Source of the DNA: Pseudomonadota bacterium
Lineage (GTDB): Bacteria > Myxococcota > JACRCW01 > JAFGSX01
DNA: 49,569 nucleotides
Direction of reading: 5' to 3'
NCBI GenBank assembly: GCA_043821645.1
Contig: JBDRCO010000066.1
Span: 1 to 49,569, forward strand
Below, in pieces: positions 8,192-17,837 of this stretch (positions are counted from its first letter, which is position 1; every line of letters starts with the position of its first letter). The position numbers and the translations under genes were made by a program. The notes beneath the pieces were generated by a model. The model was not told where the DNA came from. It searched no databases and saw only the letters and a program-made list of their open reading frames with translations.

Positions 8192-10525
8192 ATGAAGCGC
8201 TTGTTGATGGCTTTGCCGATCGCCGTGCTCGCCATGGCCGTGCACGCGCCAGCGTGGGCCGCGGCGTGTGTCAACGACTACGATGCCTGGGGCTGGCTCA
8301 GGAGCTGGGAGACCCAGGACGACGCGCTGACGCCCCTGTGGTGCACCACCCAGGCGGGGATCGACGGCTACTGGAACGCCCTCCACCTGGGCGACGAGGA
8401 CGGAACCGACTGGAACGGGGCGGCCGAGGGCAACAGCTGCAATCCAGATACGCACTTCTCGCGCGTGATGAACGGCGCCGCCATGATGGACCAGGTCTAT
8501 TACCACTTGATGAGCCCGACGATCGGGCAAAACCAGTATGCCTACTACTGGCTGGCCAACCACGTGGCGCCGCACAGTGCAAAGGGATACAAGGCCGACT
8601 GCGGGTTCGACCCCACCGCGGCGTTCAACACGATCGCCACGCACTGGAGCGGCAGCAGCACCCCCACCGACCTGCACTACATGTTCTTTTGGCTGCTGAC
8701 CGCCAATGAACGCGCCGGCACGCTCATCCACGAGTGTGTGCACGACTGGTCCGGCCACATCGATGCGGCCCAGTGCAGTGGCATGTGCGGCAACTCGTGC
8801 GATCTGAGCTTTGGCGGCAGCAACGCTCAGACCTTCGAGTCCGTGTACCTGGATCACTCCATCAGCACCTACCGGCGAGCGCCAGGCAGCGACCAGCTCG
8901 ACGTGGCGCACCTGGGCGATCTGCTCGGCACCGGGGCGCCGGTGTGCGGCTACATCCCGCTGCTGTCGCCCGAGACCCGCGAGGCGGCGATCGGCACGCT
9001 CAACTGGAAGCTCGACAGCTGCTTTGCCGTGGAGGGCAATCCGGCGCCACCGACCGCCGAGTTCACCTGGGCCAGCGATCCATTCTGGGAGTACGGCAAC
9101 TTCGAATACAGCTACGACAAGATGGTCGGCGCGCGCTGGAACTGCGACGAGATCTGCAACGCCGCCGAGTGGGGCAGCATGTGCGATGCCGCGGCCCAGC
9201 CCGGCAACCCCGCCATCAACAGCTCCAACCAGGCCCTGTGCAACAATGTGAACGGCCAGCTCCACACGGGCGTCACGCCGCAGCAGCGGGCCAGCCTGCA
9301 AGCGCAATTCAACGCGCAAAAGAAAGCCTGCGTCCCGGGCTACAGCGACACCTATCTCGACAGCTATTGCAGCACCGTCTCGGGTAGCGCCGCCGACGTC
9401 GCCGCCATCGAGTCGAGCTGGAACCTCGCGGACCAGCCTGGTGCCTTCGACTCGGGGGAGGTGATGACGGACTGCATCCAGAGCTACTGCCAGGCTCATT
9501 TCCTCTCGCAGTGGGCGATCGACGGGCGTGCCGCGTGCTACGAGTGGGACGACTCCCTGGGTTGTCTCGATGCAATCTGCGGTTCGCTCGACGCACTGAC
9601 CGCCGACTACGGGGCGACGAGCGCGGAGTACTTCCTGGCGGTCCAGTGTCGCCGCCACTTCATCGACAACAACGGCGACGCGTCCTCGTACCTGGACGCG
9701 CTGCAGAACCAGCGTCACTGCGACAGGGTGTACACGGACTGCCGCAACGCCAGCGCGCGCGAGGACTGGCTGGCGGCCCAGGCGCTGGGTGGGTGCAGCC
9801 TGGTCGTCGACGGCGTCGCCACGACCACCGGCACGTATGGGCTACACGGGATCGCCAGCATCCAGAACTACCCCTCGTACGGCCGTTTCAGCGTCCCGTT
9901 CGCCCAGGTTCAGCTCGACGGCTGCGTTGCCAAGCGCCAGTCCTGCGAGGCCACCGAGGCACTTCTGCACAAGATCGTGGCCGAGATGCTGACCATCACC
10001 AGGGTCCCGTATGGCATTGAGCGACTCGAGAACCTGCCCGATCCACCGCCGTACGACTACCAGAACGAGGTGTTCCACAACGTCCGGCAGCTCGCGACGA
10101 TCGCGGTCGCGCCCCCCGATCCCAACTCGGGCTTTGCGCCCGACCAGGCGATCGAGCGCTTGCGCCACGTGCCCGAGGCCAACCAGGCGCTCTCGATCGC
10201 TCTCGGCCAGCAACTCTACTTCGCGGCGCTCGGTGCCGACAGCGCGCGCGCCAGCGTCTTCGGTGCCGCCAAGATTCATGCCTTCGAGGACGCCGAGATC
10301 CCCCTCGACGCGACCGAGAGCCGGGCGCAGGCGACGTTCAGAGAGCAGCTCATGGCAGGCAAGGCCACTCGCGAGAAGCTCGGATCGAATGCCGCGATGA
10401 CCCTGTACGACAGGGCCGTGGCGACAGACATGGAGGCCTTCTTCTCCTTCCTCAAGGCCTTGCAGACCGCGACCTCGATCGACGAGGTGGACGCCGCCTA
10501 CGACGCGCTCGACTTGGCGATCTGA
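8192..10525 (+). CDS. Secreted Cys-rich putative zinc metalloprotease (HExxH)
   Basis: Sec signal MKRLLMALPIAVLAMAVHAPAWA; 'RAGTLIHECVHDWSGH'; many Cys; starts 19 bp after the upstream gene. Confidence 0.8.
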   Translation: MKRLLMALPIAVLAMAVHAPAWAAACVNDYDAWGWLRSWETQDDALTPLWCTTQAGIDGYWNALHLGDEDGTDWNGAAEGNSCNPDTHFSRVMNGAAMMDQVYYHLMSPTIGQNQYAYYWLANHVAPHSAKGYKADCGFDPTAAFNTIATHWSGSSTPTDLHYMFFWLLTANERAGTLIHECVHDWSGHIDAAQCSGMCGNSCDLSFGGSNAQTFESVYLDHSISTYRRAPGSDQLDVAHLGDLLGTGAPVCGYIPLLSPETREAAIGTLNWKLDSCFAVEGNPAPPTAEFTWASDPFWEYGNFEYSYDKMVGARWNCDEICNAAEWGSMCDAAAQPGNPAINSSNQALCNNVNGQLHTGVTPQQRASLQAQFNAQKKACVPGYSDTYLDSYCSTVSGSAADVAAIESSWNLADQPGAFDSGEVMTDCIQSYCQAHFLSQWAIDGRAACYEWDDSLGCLDAICGSLDALTADYGATSAEYFLAVQCRRHFIDNNGDASSYLDALQNQRHCDRVYTDCRNASAREDWLAAQALGGCSLVVDGVATTTGTYGLHGIASIQNYPSYGRFSVPFAQVQLDGCVAKRQSCEATEALLHKIVAEMLTITRVPYGIERLENLPDPPPYDYQNEVFHNVRQLATIAVAPPDPNSGFAPDQAIERLRHVPEANQALSIALGQQLYFAALGADSARASVFGAAKIHAFEDAEIPLDATESRAQATFREQLMAGKATREKLGSNAAMTLYDRAVATDMEAFFSFLKALQTATSIDEVDAAYDALDLAI

Positions 10526-10847
10526 ACCCCACCGGCGCGCTTGCTTGGGCTGCACGACCCAATGCCGCCGGCGCCACATTCGGTAGACTGCACAGAACAT
10601 AGACGGGTTCCCCCACTGCGCCCGTTCCCCCTCCCGCCTCCAACCTGCCTCGTTGCTGTCGTGTGAGAGATGTCTCGCAGCGGCTGTCACGTCGTCAGCA
10701 TGCAGCATGAACGGCGGTCAACTGTGTCCCCGTCGACCCTGGTGCGCCTATCATGCAGTCATGTGATACATCTTCGACGCGGGGTGCACGAGACGGTCGG
10801 CAGCGCGTCACTTCATAGTGCCGACGAGCGCGGCGGATAGGTTCATC

Positions 10848-11468
10848 ATGGCGCGCATACCGCCCAGCACGCTTTGCGCATGGCTGCTGCTCGCCTGCAC
10901 CCTGGCGAGTACATCCGCAGCGGCGCAGTCCACATCGCCGTCCGAACCAGCCAGCGGAACGGTGGAACACGGCATCGCCGTGAGCCAGCCCGAGTCGTCT
11001 TCGGCGCCGTCCGAACCAGCCAGCGGGACGACGGACCACGGCATCGCTGAGAGTCCGCCCGATTCGGATTCTGCGAGCTCGGCCGCGGCGTCCGCATCGA
11101 CCGCTCCTGCGACCGCGGCGCCCTCCAACCCCACCTCGGCACCCCAGAAGGCCGTCGACAGCGCGTGGCCCCGGCGCGTCGGCAACGGCGCTGGCGCCGT
11201 GGCCGGGTGTCTGCTCGGAGGCTGTGCAGGTGCGCTTCTGGTGCCGACAGTCGTGGGCGTCAGCGCCTTCGCGGTGGCGCCGGAGGCGTGCGCGATCGTC
11301 TTGATCTTTTTGTCACCGCTCATTCCCGAGATCTTGCAGGTGCTTGGCACGGTGGGCTGCTGTGCCGGTTGCGGACTGTGCGCTCCGGCGGGCTACAGCA
11401 GCGCGATGATGGCCAGCCACGTCATCGACGCGGTCGTGCTCTCGCCGCACCCCATCGGCTGTCCCTGA
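10848..11468 (+). CDS. Hypothetical exported or membrane protein with an internal duplication and a Cys/Gly-rich hydrophobic C-terminus
   Basis: Signal peptide; duplicated PSEPASGT..HGIA; hydrophobic segments. Confidence 0.6.
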   Translation: MARIPPSTLCAWLLLACTLASTSAAAQSTSPSEPASGTVEHGIAVSQPESSSAPSEPASGTTDHGIAESPPDSDSASSAAASASTAPATAAPSNPTSAPQKAVDSAWPRRVGNGAGAVAGCLLGGCAGALLVPTVVGVSAFAVAPEACAIVLIFLSPLIPEILQVLGTVGCCAGCGLCAPAGYSSAMMASHVIDAVVLSPHPIGCP

Positions 11469-11692
11469 CGTGTAGCTCGGGCTGCTCGTGCGACGACGAC
11501 GCGGATACCTGCATCGTTTCCGTCGACACCTGCCTCAACGGGTTCGGGCCCGGCTTCATGGGCACCCTCGCCGAAGCGGGATTTTGCGACTCCCGCTGCG
11601 TGCGTCTTGGCCTGTGAACTGGGAGTCCCGGCGTCGTGCTGTCGCCGTGCAGAGTCGGAAGGCTGGAGCCGGTACAGACTGGGGCTGCGGGC

Positions 11693-13069
11693 TCACCTCG
11701 GAGGCAGGCAAAACACCCCGGCACGCACCTGCATGATGGCGCTGCCACCGTTCTGCAGCGCGTCGAAGGAGAAGCGTCCGATCAGCTGCTCGCCGTCGCG
11801 AGCGACGATGGCCAGCGAGCCTGTGTGCGCGGCCGTGGTGCTGAACGAGCTGTCAGTGTCCTCGACAAAGGCGTAGCCGCTGCCATCCGCGCTGTCATCC
11901 AGCGGCACGCAGATGGGGAAATCGTCGACGGCCAGACGCTGCGCCACCGACGCTCCCTGGTCGTCGAGCTCCATGTTGAGGATCAACTCGCCGGTGATCA
12001 GGTCGAAGGGGAAGTCGAGTGCATAGCCCTGGCCGGTGGTGCGCACGACCAGGTCATCGCGGAAGAACCGGGCACTGTCAGGCTCGACCAGGGGCACACC
12101 CAGGTCGGGGTCGCAGGGGTCCGCGTTGAAGGGATCGCAGGCGCCGCCAGTGCATACCTCGTCGACGCCGCTGCAGGGACTGGGGTTGCAGGGGTCCGTG
12201 GTGCACAGCACGCCGTTGTTGCCGCGGTGATAGCCTCTGGCCTCGTCGCAGGGGCAGGTGCCGTTGACACAGACCTCGTGGTTGGCCGCGCTGCAGGGAT
12301 CGGGATCACACAGGTTGCTGACGCAGGTCACGCCATTGCCGCCTCGGTGAAAGCCGTCCGCGCAGTCGCACAGCCCGCCGTTGCAGACCTCGTGGTTGCC
12401 GCTGTCACAGGGGAAGGGGTCGCAGGGATCCTCGGTGCAGGTGGCGCCGTCGCCAGCGAGGTGAAAACCGAACTCGCAGATGCAGCCCGTGCTCAGGCAG
12501 ACCTCGTGATTGGCGGCCGAGCAGGGGTCGGGGTCGCAGGGTTCGGTGGTACAGGTCACGCCGTCGGCCGCGCGGTGGTAGGTCGCTGCGCAGCCGCACA
12601 TCCCCTCGTTGCAGGCTTCGTGACTGGCCGTGTTGCAGGGGTCCGGGTCGCAGGCGTCGGTGGTGCACGTCGCGCTGTCGGCGCCCAGGTGGTAGCCGGC
12701 GCCGCGATCACATAGGCAGATGCCGGAGATGCAGCGCTCGTGGTTGGTGGCCGAGCAGGGGTCGGGGTCGCAGGGGGCGTCGGTGCAGTGCTGGCCTGTG
12801 GCATCCAGGTGAAAGCCACTGCGCGTGTCGCACTCGGCGCAGCCCGTGCCCGTGTAGCCGGTCTGGCACACGCAGCGCGCCGCACCCTGCTGAATCTGGC
12901 AGGTCGCGGGCTCCACGCATGTGGTCGTGGCGCAGGGGTCGGAACCCTTGGAGAACGGGCAGGCGGAGCTCAGGCCGAGCAGCACAAGCAGCGGGAGCCG
13001 ACCTGCGCCAGGACCACGCACTATCGTGGCCGTCAGAGCCGGTAGGGCGCACCAGCGTGTTGCCTGCAT
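11693..13069 (-). CDS. Cys-rich EGF-like repeat lipoprotein
   Basis: Lipobox-like LSSAC; EGF-like 'CVCQTGYTGTGC'; about 7 CTxDPCDPDPC..NHEVC..GxCxC..GFH repeats; beta-rich C-terminal domain. Start uncertain. Confidence 0.85.
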   Translation of the reverse strand: MQATRWCALPALTATIVRGPGAGRLPLLVLLGLSSACPFSKGSDPCATTTCVEPATCQIQQGAARCVCQTGYTGTGCAECDTRSGFHLDATGQHCTDAPCDPDPCSATNHERCISGICLCDRGAGYHLGADSATCTTDACDPDPCNTASHEACNEGMCGCAATYHRAADGVTCTTEPCDPDPCSAANHEVCLSTGCICEFGFHLAGDGATCTEDPCDPFPCDSGNHEVCNGGLCDCADGFHRGGNGVTCVSNLCDPDPCSAANHEVCVNGTCPCDEARGYHRGNNGVLCTTDPCNPSPCSGVDEVCTGGACDPFNADPCDPDLGVPLVEPDSARFFRDDLVVRTTGQGYALDFPFDLITGELILNMELDDQGASVAQRLAVDDFPICVPLDDSADGSGYAFVEDTDSSFSTTAAHTGSLAIVARDGEQLIGRFSFDALQNGGSAIMQVRAGVFCLPPR

Positions 13070-13320
13070 GCTCTGCACTACACCAAAACGCGGGGCTGGG
13101 CGCCATGCAGGCCTGCGCAAGCATGGTGTTGCCTTCCCCGAAACCAAGCACCTGGGAGAGCGACCCCCCGAAAGGTGAAATCGATGAAGCGGCCAGCCGC
13201 CAAGCACCGCCAGCCGCCCCTGACCCGTCCCCTTGAAAGACTGCCTTGCCCCCTTTGGCAGTCCGCCTCTCCTGAATCCCCAGCTCCTGTCCTGAGCCCT
13301 TGAGGCCAGCGCGGCAGGGC

Positions 13321-13337
13321 GTGTCGGCTCTGTCCCC
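13321..13337 (+). repeat. REP-like dispersed motif GTGTCGGCTCTGTCCCC
   Basis: Identical 17-mer at 42152; shared core at 37059, 44771 and 47433. Confidence 0.8.
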
Positions 13338-13377
13338 GCCGTTCGCCGTTCCCGCCATTCCTATTCGGCCGCTTTGT

Positions 13378-16026
13378 TCAGGGCTCGAAGCTGCCGTTCT
13401 GGATCATGTTGTAGATCACGTCGCCTGGGCAGGCGGTCGCCTTGAGATCCCGGTGACCGTTGATCTCTAAAAAGTCGCTGTTGCCAGCCGCCGCGGCGGT
13501 GGCGCGGATCTTGGCCACCAGCTGGCGGACCCCGTCGATCTGGCTCTGGGATGGCACCGACCAGGTGTTGGGCAGCAGCATCTGGATGGCGTAGCTCGGG
13601 ATGTTGGTGGCCTGCTCACCGTTGGCGGCGCAGCGGTAGTCGAAGCCGCGGATCTCCCACTCGGCGCCGTCGGGGCTGATGGCGCTGTTGTAGCCCAGCG
13701 AGTAGCCGCGGTTGCTGGTGTAGTCGAGCTGGGCGTTGCGCAGCACCTGCGGGATGCTCGAGAGATTCAAGCCGTCCACCCCGGCGTAGTGGATGGTGAT
13801 GTAGCGCAGAGCGCCAAGGCTCATCAGCGAGGTGCTGGACACCGGACGGGCCGGGTCCTGCCACTCCGTTCGATCGTGGTAGGGGTAGCTGGGCGTCGGG
13901 GGAGGGATGCAGGCATTCTGCTGGCACAGGTAGCCGCAACCCGTGACCGCGTGTCCGTAGTCGCAGCTGCCCCGGGAGCAGGTCCCCGAGGACGCGTAGC
14001 GGATCAGCTGCGCTGTGCCGGTGCAGCCGGTGACGGGCGGGCTCTGGCAGGTCTGACTGGCGCAGCAGCTGTCCGCCCCGGGCCAGTAGCCCACCACGTC
14101 CACCAGCAGCCGCGAGGCGCTGAGCAGGTAGAAGCAGACCTCGCCGTTGTCGCCGACCTTGGAGATCACCCCGTTGGTGGTGCTGCCGCCGGCGGCATAG
14201 TTCAGGTTCGAGGCCACCGGCAGCTGGGTGCCCTTGGCGTACACGCTGGCGAAGCCCGCCGCAGCGGGCCCCAGCGCGGTCAGGTTGAGGGCGATGGCCT
14301 GGGCGTCTGCCGGGATGCCGTCCACCCCGGCCAGCCGATGACAGCTGGTGCTACCCGACCCCGGCGTCACGTCGAGCGCGCGATGGGGCGCCAGCGGTCG
14401 GTAGGCCGCGTTGGCCTCGAAGAAGCCGTTGACGTCCAGGATGAAGTTGGAGCGGGCCGTGGTCTTGACGCAGATCTTGCCGTCGCCGCCCACGGCGACG
14501 ATGCTGCCGTTGGCCGCGACCTGGCCCGCGCTGTAGCTCTGGGACCGGGTCGGGGGGACCGCGGCGCCGCTGGCGTAGGCGACCATGGAACCGGCCGCCT
14601 CGGGTTGGACCGCGGTCAGCACCACGGCCACCGCCTTGGCGTCCGCTGCGACGCCACCCACCCCGGCGACGGTCATGCAGGTGCTGGAGCCGGCCTCGGG
14701 CGTGGCCCCGCCCCGGGTGTCGATCAGCCGATGCGGCGTCTGCGCGTGGAAGGCCTCGGACCCAGCGGTGTAGCCAAACACGTCGATGATCAGGTGGGTG
14801 GTCGCGCTGCTGAAGACCGCGATCTTGTTCTGCGCTCCCAGCTTGACCCAGACGGTGTCACCAACGGTCTGGGCTGCGGCGTAGTTCAACACCGAGGCCT
14901 CGGGCGTGGCAGCGCCAGCGTCGTAGGCGGTGAGGAAGCCGGCCGCCTCCGGGGCGACCACCGTGAAGCGCAGCACCACGGCCTGGGCGTCGGCCGGGAT
15001 GCCGTCCCGGCCAGCCAGCGCGAAGGTCTGCACGCTACCGCCCTGCAGCTTGACCTCGCTGCGGGTGTCCAGCCTGCGGAACGGCGTGGTGGGCTTGAGC
15101 TGGTAGCCGCATACGCTCTCGCAGGTGCCGGTATCGGTGTCGCAGAACCCGTCGCTGCCGCTGCAGCTGTCCGGGCACACGCCACCGCAGCCGTCCGCGC
15201 CGGCGCAGCGCCCGGTGCAGTCCGGCACGCAGGGCTCCCGGCAGGCGCCGTTGGCGTCGCAACTCGCCGACCCGGAGCAGCCGCCGCAGTCCACCGTGCC
15301 ACCGCAGCCGTCGGGCCAGCTCCCGCAATCCTTGACCAGCTCGGTACAGCTCGTCGGCGTGCAGGCGCCGACGCAGGCGCAGCTGTCCTCGTCGCAGACC
15401 TGCTGGGTGTCACCGCAACGATCCGGGCACTCGCCGCCGCAGCCGTCCGAGCCGCAGCAGCTCCCGGTGCACTCCGGAACGCACGGAGCCTGGCAGGCTC
15501 CGTCCTCATCGCAGCTCGCCGGTCCGGAACAACCGCCGCAGTCCAGCGTGCCGCCGCAGCCGTCCGCCCAGCTGCCACACTGCTTGCCCAGCGTCGCGCA
15601 GCTCAGCGGCGTGCACGCACCGGTGCAGGTGCAGCTGTCCTCGTCGCAGACCTGCCCGGTGTCGCCGCAGGGGTCCGGGCACTCGCCGCCGCAACCGTCC
15701 GAGCCGCAGCAGCTCCCGCCGCAGTCCGGCACGCACTCCGCATGGCAGGCTCCGTCCTCATCGCAGCTCGCGGCCCCGACGCAGCCGCCGCAGTCCAGCG
15801 TGCCGCCACAACCGTCAGCCCAGCTCCCGCACGCCTTGCCCAGGTCGGCGCAGCTCTTCGCTTCGCACACCGCCTCCACAGCGACGGTACAGGCGCTGAG
15901 ACCGGCCGCGCCCAGGGCGAACACGGCCAGGCCGAGCAGCGCCCGCAGGCGGCAACGGGCCCACAGGCGAAGGGGCCGACCGGAGCCAGAAGAGTGTGTT
16001 TCACCGACTCTGCAGGGAAACCCCAT
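13378..16026 (-). CDS. Lipoprotein N-acetylmuramoyl-L-alanine amidase (Amidase_2/PGRP) with Cys-rich and 'PxRLxDTR' repeat domains
   Basis: Lipobox LSAC; CG.W.DGCGG.LDCG.C repeats; three roughly 120-aa beta repeats; C-terminal 'ITIHY', 'LGYN' and 'GHRDLKATACPG' supply the His/His/Cys zinc ligands. Confidence 0.9.
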   Translation of the reverse strand: MGFPCRVGETHSSGSGRPLRLWARCRLRALLGLAVFALGAAGLSACTVAVEAVCEAKSCADLGKACGSWADGCGGTLDCGGCVGAASCDEDGACHAECVPDCGGSCCGSDGCGGECPDPCGDTGQVCDEDSCTCTGACTPLSCATLGKQCGSWADGCGGTLDCGGCSGPASCDEDGACQAPCVPECTGSCCGSDGCGGECPDRCGDTQQVCDEDSCACVGACTPTSCTELVKDCGSWPDGCGGTVDCGGCSGSASCDANGACREPCVPDCTGRCAGADGCGGVCPDSCSGSDGFCDTDTGTCESVCGYQLKPTTPFRRLDTRSEVKLQGGSVQTFALAGRDGIPADAQAVVLRFTVVAPEAAGFLTAYDAGAATPEASVLNYAAAQTVGDTVWVKLGAQNKIAVFSSATTHLIIDVFGYTAGSEAFHAQTPHRLIDTRGGATPEAGSSTCMTVAGVGGVAADAKAVAVVLTAVQPEAAGSMVAYASGAAVPPTRSQSYSAGQVAANGSIVAVGGDGKICVKTTARSNFILDVNGFFEANAAYRPLAPHRALDVTPGSGSTSCHRLAGVDGIPADAQAIALNLTALGPAAAGFASVYAKGTQLPVASNLNYAAGGSTTNGVISKVGDNGEVCFYLLSASRLLVDVVGYWPGADSCCASQTCQSPPVTGCTGTAQLIRYASSGTCSRGSCDYGHAVTGCGYLCQQNACIPPPTPSYPYHDRTEWQDPARPVSSTSLMSLGALRYITIHYAGVDGLNLSSIPQVLRNAQLDYTSNRGYSLGYNSAISPDGAEWEIRGFDYRCAANGEQATNIPSYAIQMLLPNTWSVPSQSQIDGVRQLVAKIRATAAAAGNSDFLEINGHRDLKATACPGDVIYNMIQNGSFEP

Positions 16027-16347
16027 GAACGCCTCCCGGTCAATTGCTCGGCCGCTGCGACAGGCAGAACGCGTCGGCCTTCAAGAGGACCAAACTGTGC
16101 GCCACTCGGCAGCTCGGTGCCCGGCTGCCGATTCGCACCTTTACCTACCTGCAACCCTGTATCGGTCCATTCGTATGGCAGCAGCATCATCCCTTCGTCC
16201 GATGGATCCGCCGGCAAGCGCCCCGTTTTTGTCCGAAGGGGTTGTTCTGGATGAACTTATCCACAGCCACCCCACGCCCATGGGGGACGCTTGCAGGCGT
16301 GGGGTCGGTAGGTTGACGGAGGCGGACAAGGCGCCAGAGAAGGTGTC

Positions 16348-16572
16348 CTAGCCGGGGTACAGGCTGCGCAGCAAGATCAGGACGCCGGTCGAGAGGCCCA
16401 GGACCACCCAGCCGACCGCCATCTCCTTGAGAACGCGTCCTCGCACATTGCCCGAGTCGCCGGACTCCATCCGGGTCCGCACTCCATGCCAGGCGTAGGC
16501 GACCACATTGGCCAGGCTCACCACCGCGGTGGCAAACGCGAAGCCGGTGCAGAAGTACAAGAAGATGAGCAT
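16348..16572 (-). CDS. Small membrane protein, 74 aa, 2 TM segments
   Basis: AGGAGGAGG RBS before MLIFLYFCTGFAF; two hydrophobic stretches. Confidence 0.7.
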   Translation of the reverse strand: MLIFLYFCTGFAFATAVVSLANVVAYAWHGVRTRMESGDSGNVRGRVLKEMAVGWVVLGLSTGVLILLRSLYPG

Positions 16573-16700
16573 CCTGCCTCCTCCTGCGGCCGATGGGACG
16601 GCGTCCCCGGGGGCGAGCCGCATCCTAGCAGACAAGGCGGACCCGGGCTGCGGCTGCGACGGGAAGCAGGCGAGGCAGCTTCTATCCCTGGCTGGGTCCC

Positions 16701-17075
16701 CTAGGGAGGGGGCAGCTGCACGTGCACGGTCGCATCCGCTTGAGTGAAGTCGACCTCGACGGCCGGCGCCTGCACCACGGTCCGAGCATTGAGCAGGCCG
16801 TGGACCACCAGCTGCAACAGGTCGGGGGTCCGCAGCCCCTGGCACAGCTGCAGGGTGGCAGGAGGCGCCTCGGCGGGGAGGTCCAGGCTGCGCTCGACAA
16901 ACACCCCCTCGGTGTCCGACAGCACGAAGTGCAGCGCGTCCAGCTCCATCGGCACGCTGTAGCCCTGCCAGCGCACCTCGACCAGGACGCACGCCTGGTC
17001 CGGCCCGCAGGCGGACAGGATCGCAGCGCACACGGTGATCCCCGCGGCCAGCACGGTGCGCACGGCTGTGTTCAC
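16701..17075 (-). CDS. Small lipoprotein
   Basis: GTGA overlap with the upstream stop; lipobox ILSAC; beta-rich body. Confidence 0.75.
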   Translation of the reverse strand: MNTAVRTVLAAGITVCAAILSACGPDQACVLVEVRWQGYSVPMELDALHFVLSDTEGVFVERSLDLPAEAPPATLQLCQGLRTPDLLQLVVHGLLNARTVVQAPAVEVDFTQADATVHVQLPPP

Positions 17076-17749
17076 GGCAGCTCCCACGAACCCAGGTTGG
17101 TACCTGGTTCAGGCGCGGGCCACAGCAACCACAGCGCCAGGGCCCCTGCTCCGAGCAGCCCCCCGCCCGCCACCAGCGCAGCGCCGACAATGAGCTGGCC
17201 CGAGTGATCCTCCGGCGCGGCATCGTCCGCTGGCACGGGCTGGGCGGTGGTTGGAAAAGAGGTCCGCTCGGCAGTTCTCAGCTCGGACCGGGACGCAGCC
17301 GGGTCCGCGTCCGGCAGCGAGGGCGCCACCGCAGGCATCGAGGCAGCATGCGATTCGCTGGTGGTCTCAGCGCTCGCGACCGGCGAACGGGCGGCGCGCG
17401 CCGACGTGACGCGCAGCTGTGCCTGGCCAAAGGCGTCGCGGATCAGGGGCGACTCGATGGCCGGGATCGCGTATTCGGGTTCCAGCTCGAGCAGCGCGGC
17501 AAAGGCGTCCACGGCCGCCGGCTGCTGATGCAACACGGCGTGGGCGCGTCCCAGGTAGGCCAGGGCGATGCGGCGATCCGGCTGAGACAGATCAGTCCGC
17601 GCCAGGGCGCGCTCGAGCAACGGCACGGCAGCCTGGTACTCCAGCTCGGCGTAGCGCTGCAGGGCTGCCCGCACCCCGGGGTCCTGCGCCTGGGCGGGGG
17701 TGGCTGCCAGCTCGGCGCAGAAACACAGCATCATCCACATGGTGTGCAT
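17072..17749 (-). CDS. Exported TPR-like protein with a C-terminal TM anchor
   Basis: 'YAELEYQAAVPLLERAL', 'ALAYLGRAHAVL' and 'FAALLELEPEY'; C-terminal hydrophobic helix. Confidence 0.8.
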   Translation of the reverse strand: MHTMWMMLCFCAELAATPAQAQDPGVRAALQRYAELEYQAAVPLLERALARTDLSQPDRRIALAYLGRAHAVLHQQPAAVDAFAALLELEPEYAIPAIESPLIRDAFGQAQLRVTSARAARSPVASAETTSESHAASMPAVAPSLPDADPAASRSELRTAERTSFPTTAQPVPADDAAPEDHSGQLIVGAALVAGGGLLGAGALALWLLWPAPEPGTNLGSWELP

Positions 17750-17837
17750 TGTAGGGGAGCGACCGCAGCCCGACAACACGCGGCCGTGCGGCTAGTCGTG
17801 GTCACACCTCGAGGAGGGGCGCTACAATCGACCCTGC

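Noticed and set aside
16257-16265. Perfect DnaA box TTATCCACA
   Set aside because: Single copy, no AT-rich unwinding element and no replication genes nearby.
16100-16310. Hairpins upstream of the amidase gene as a c-di-GMP riboswitch
   Set aside because: Stems exist, but the GCAAA/GAAA GEMM signature was not found.
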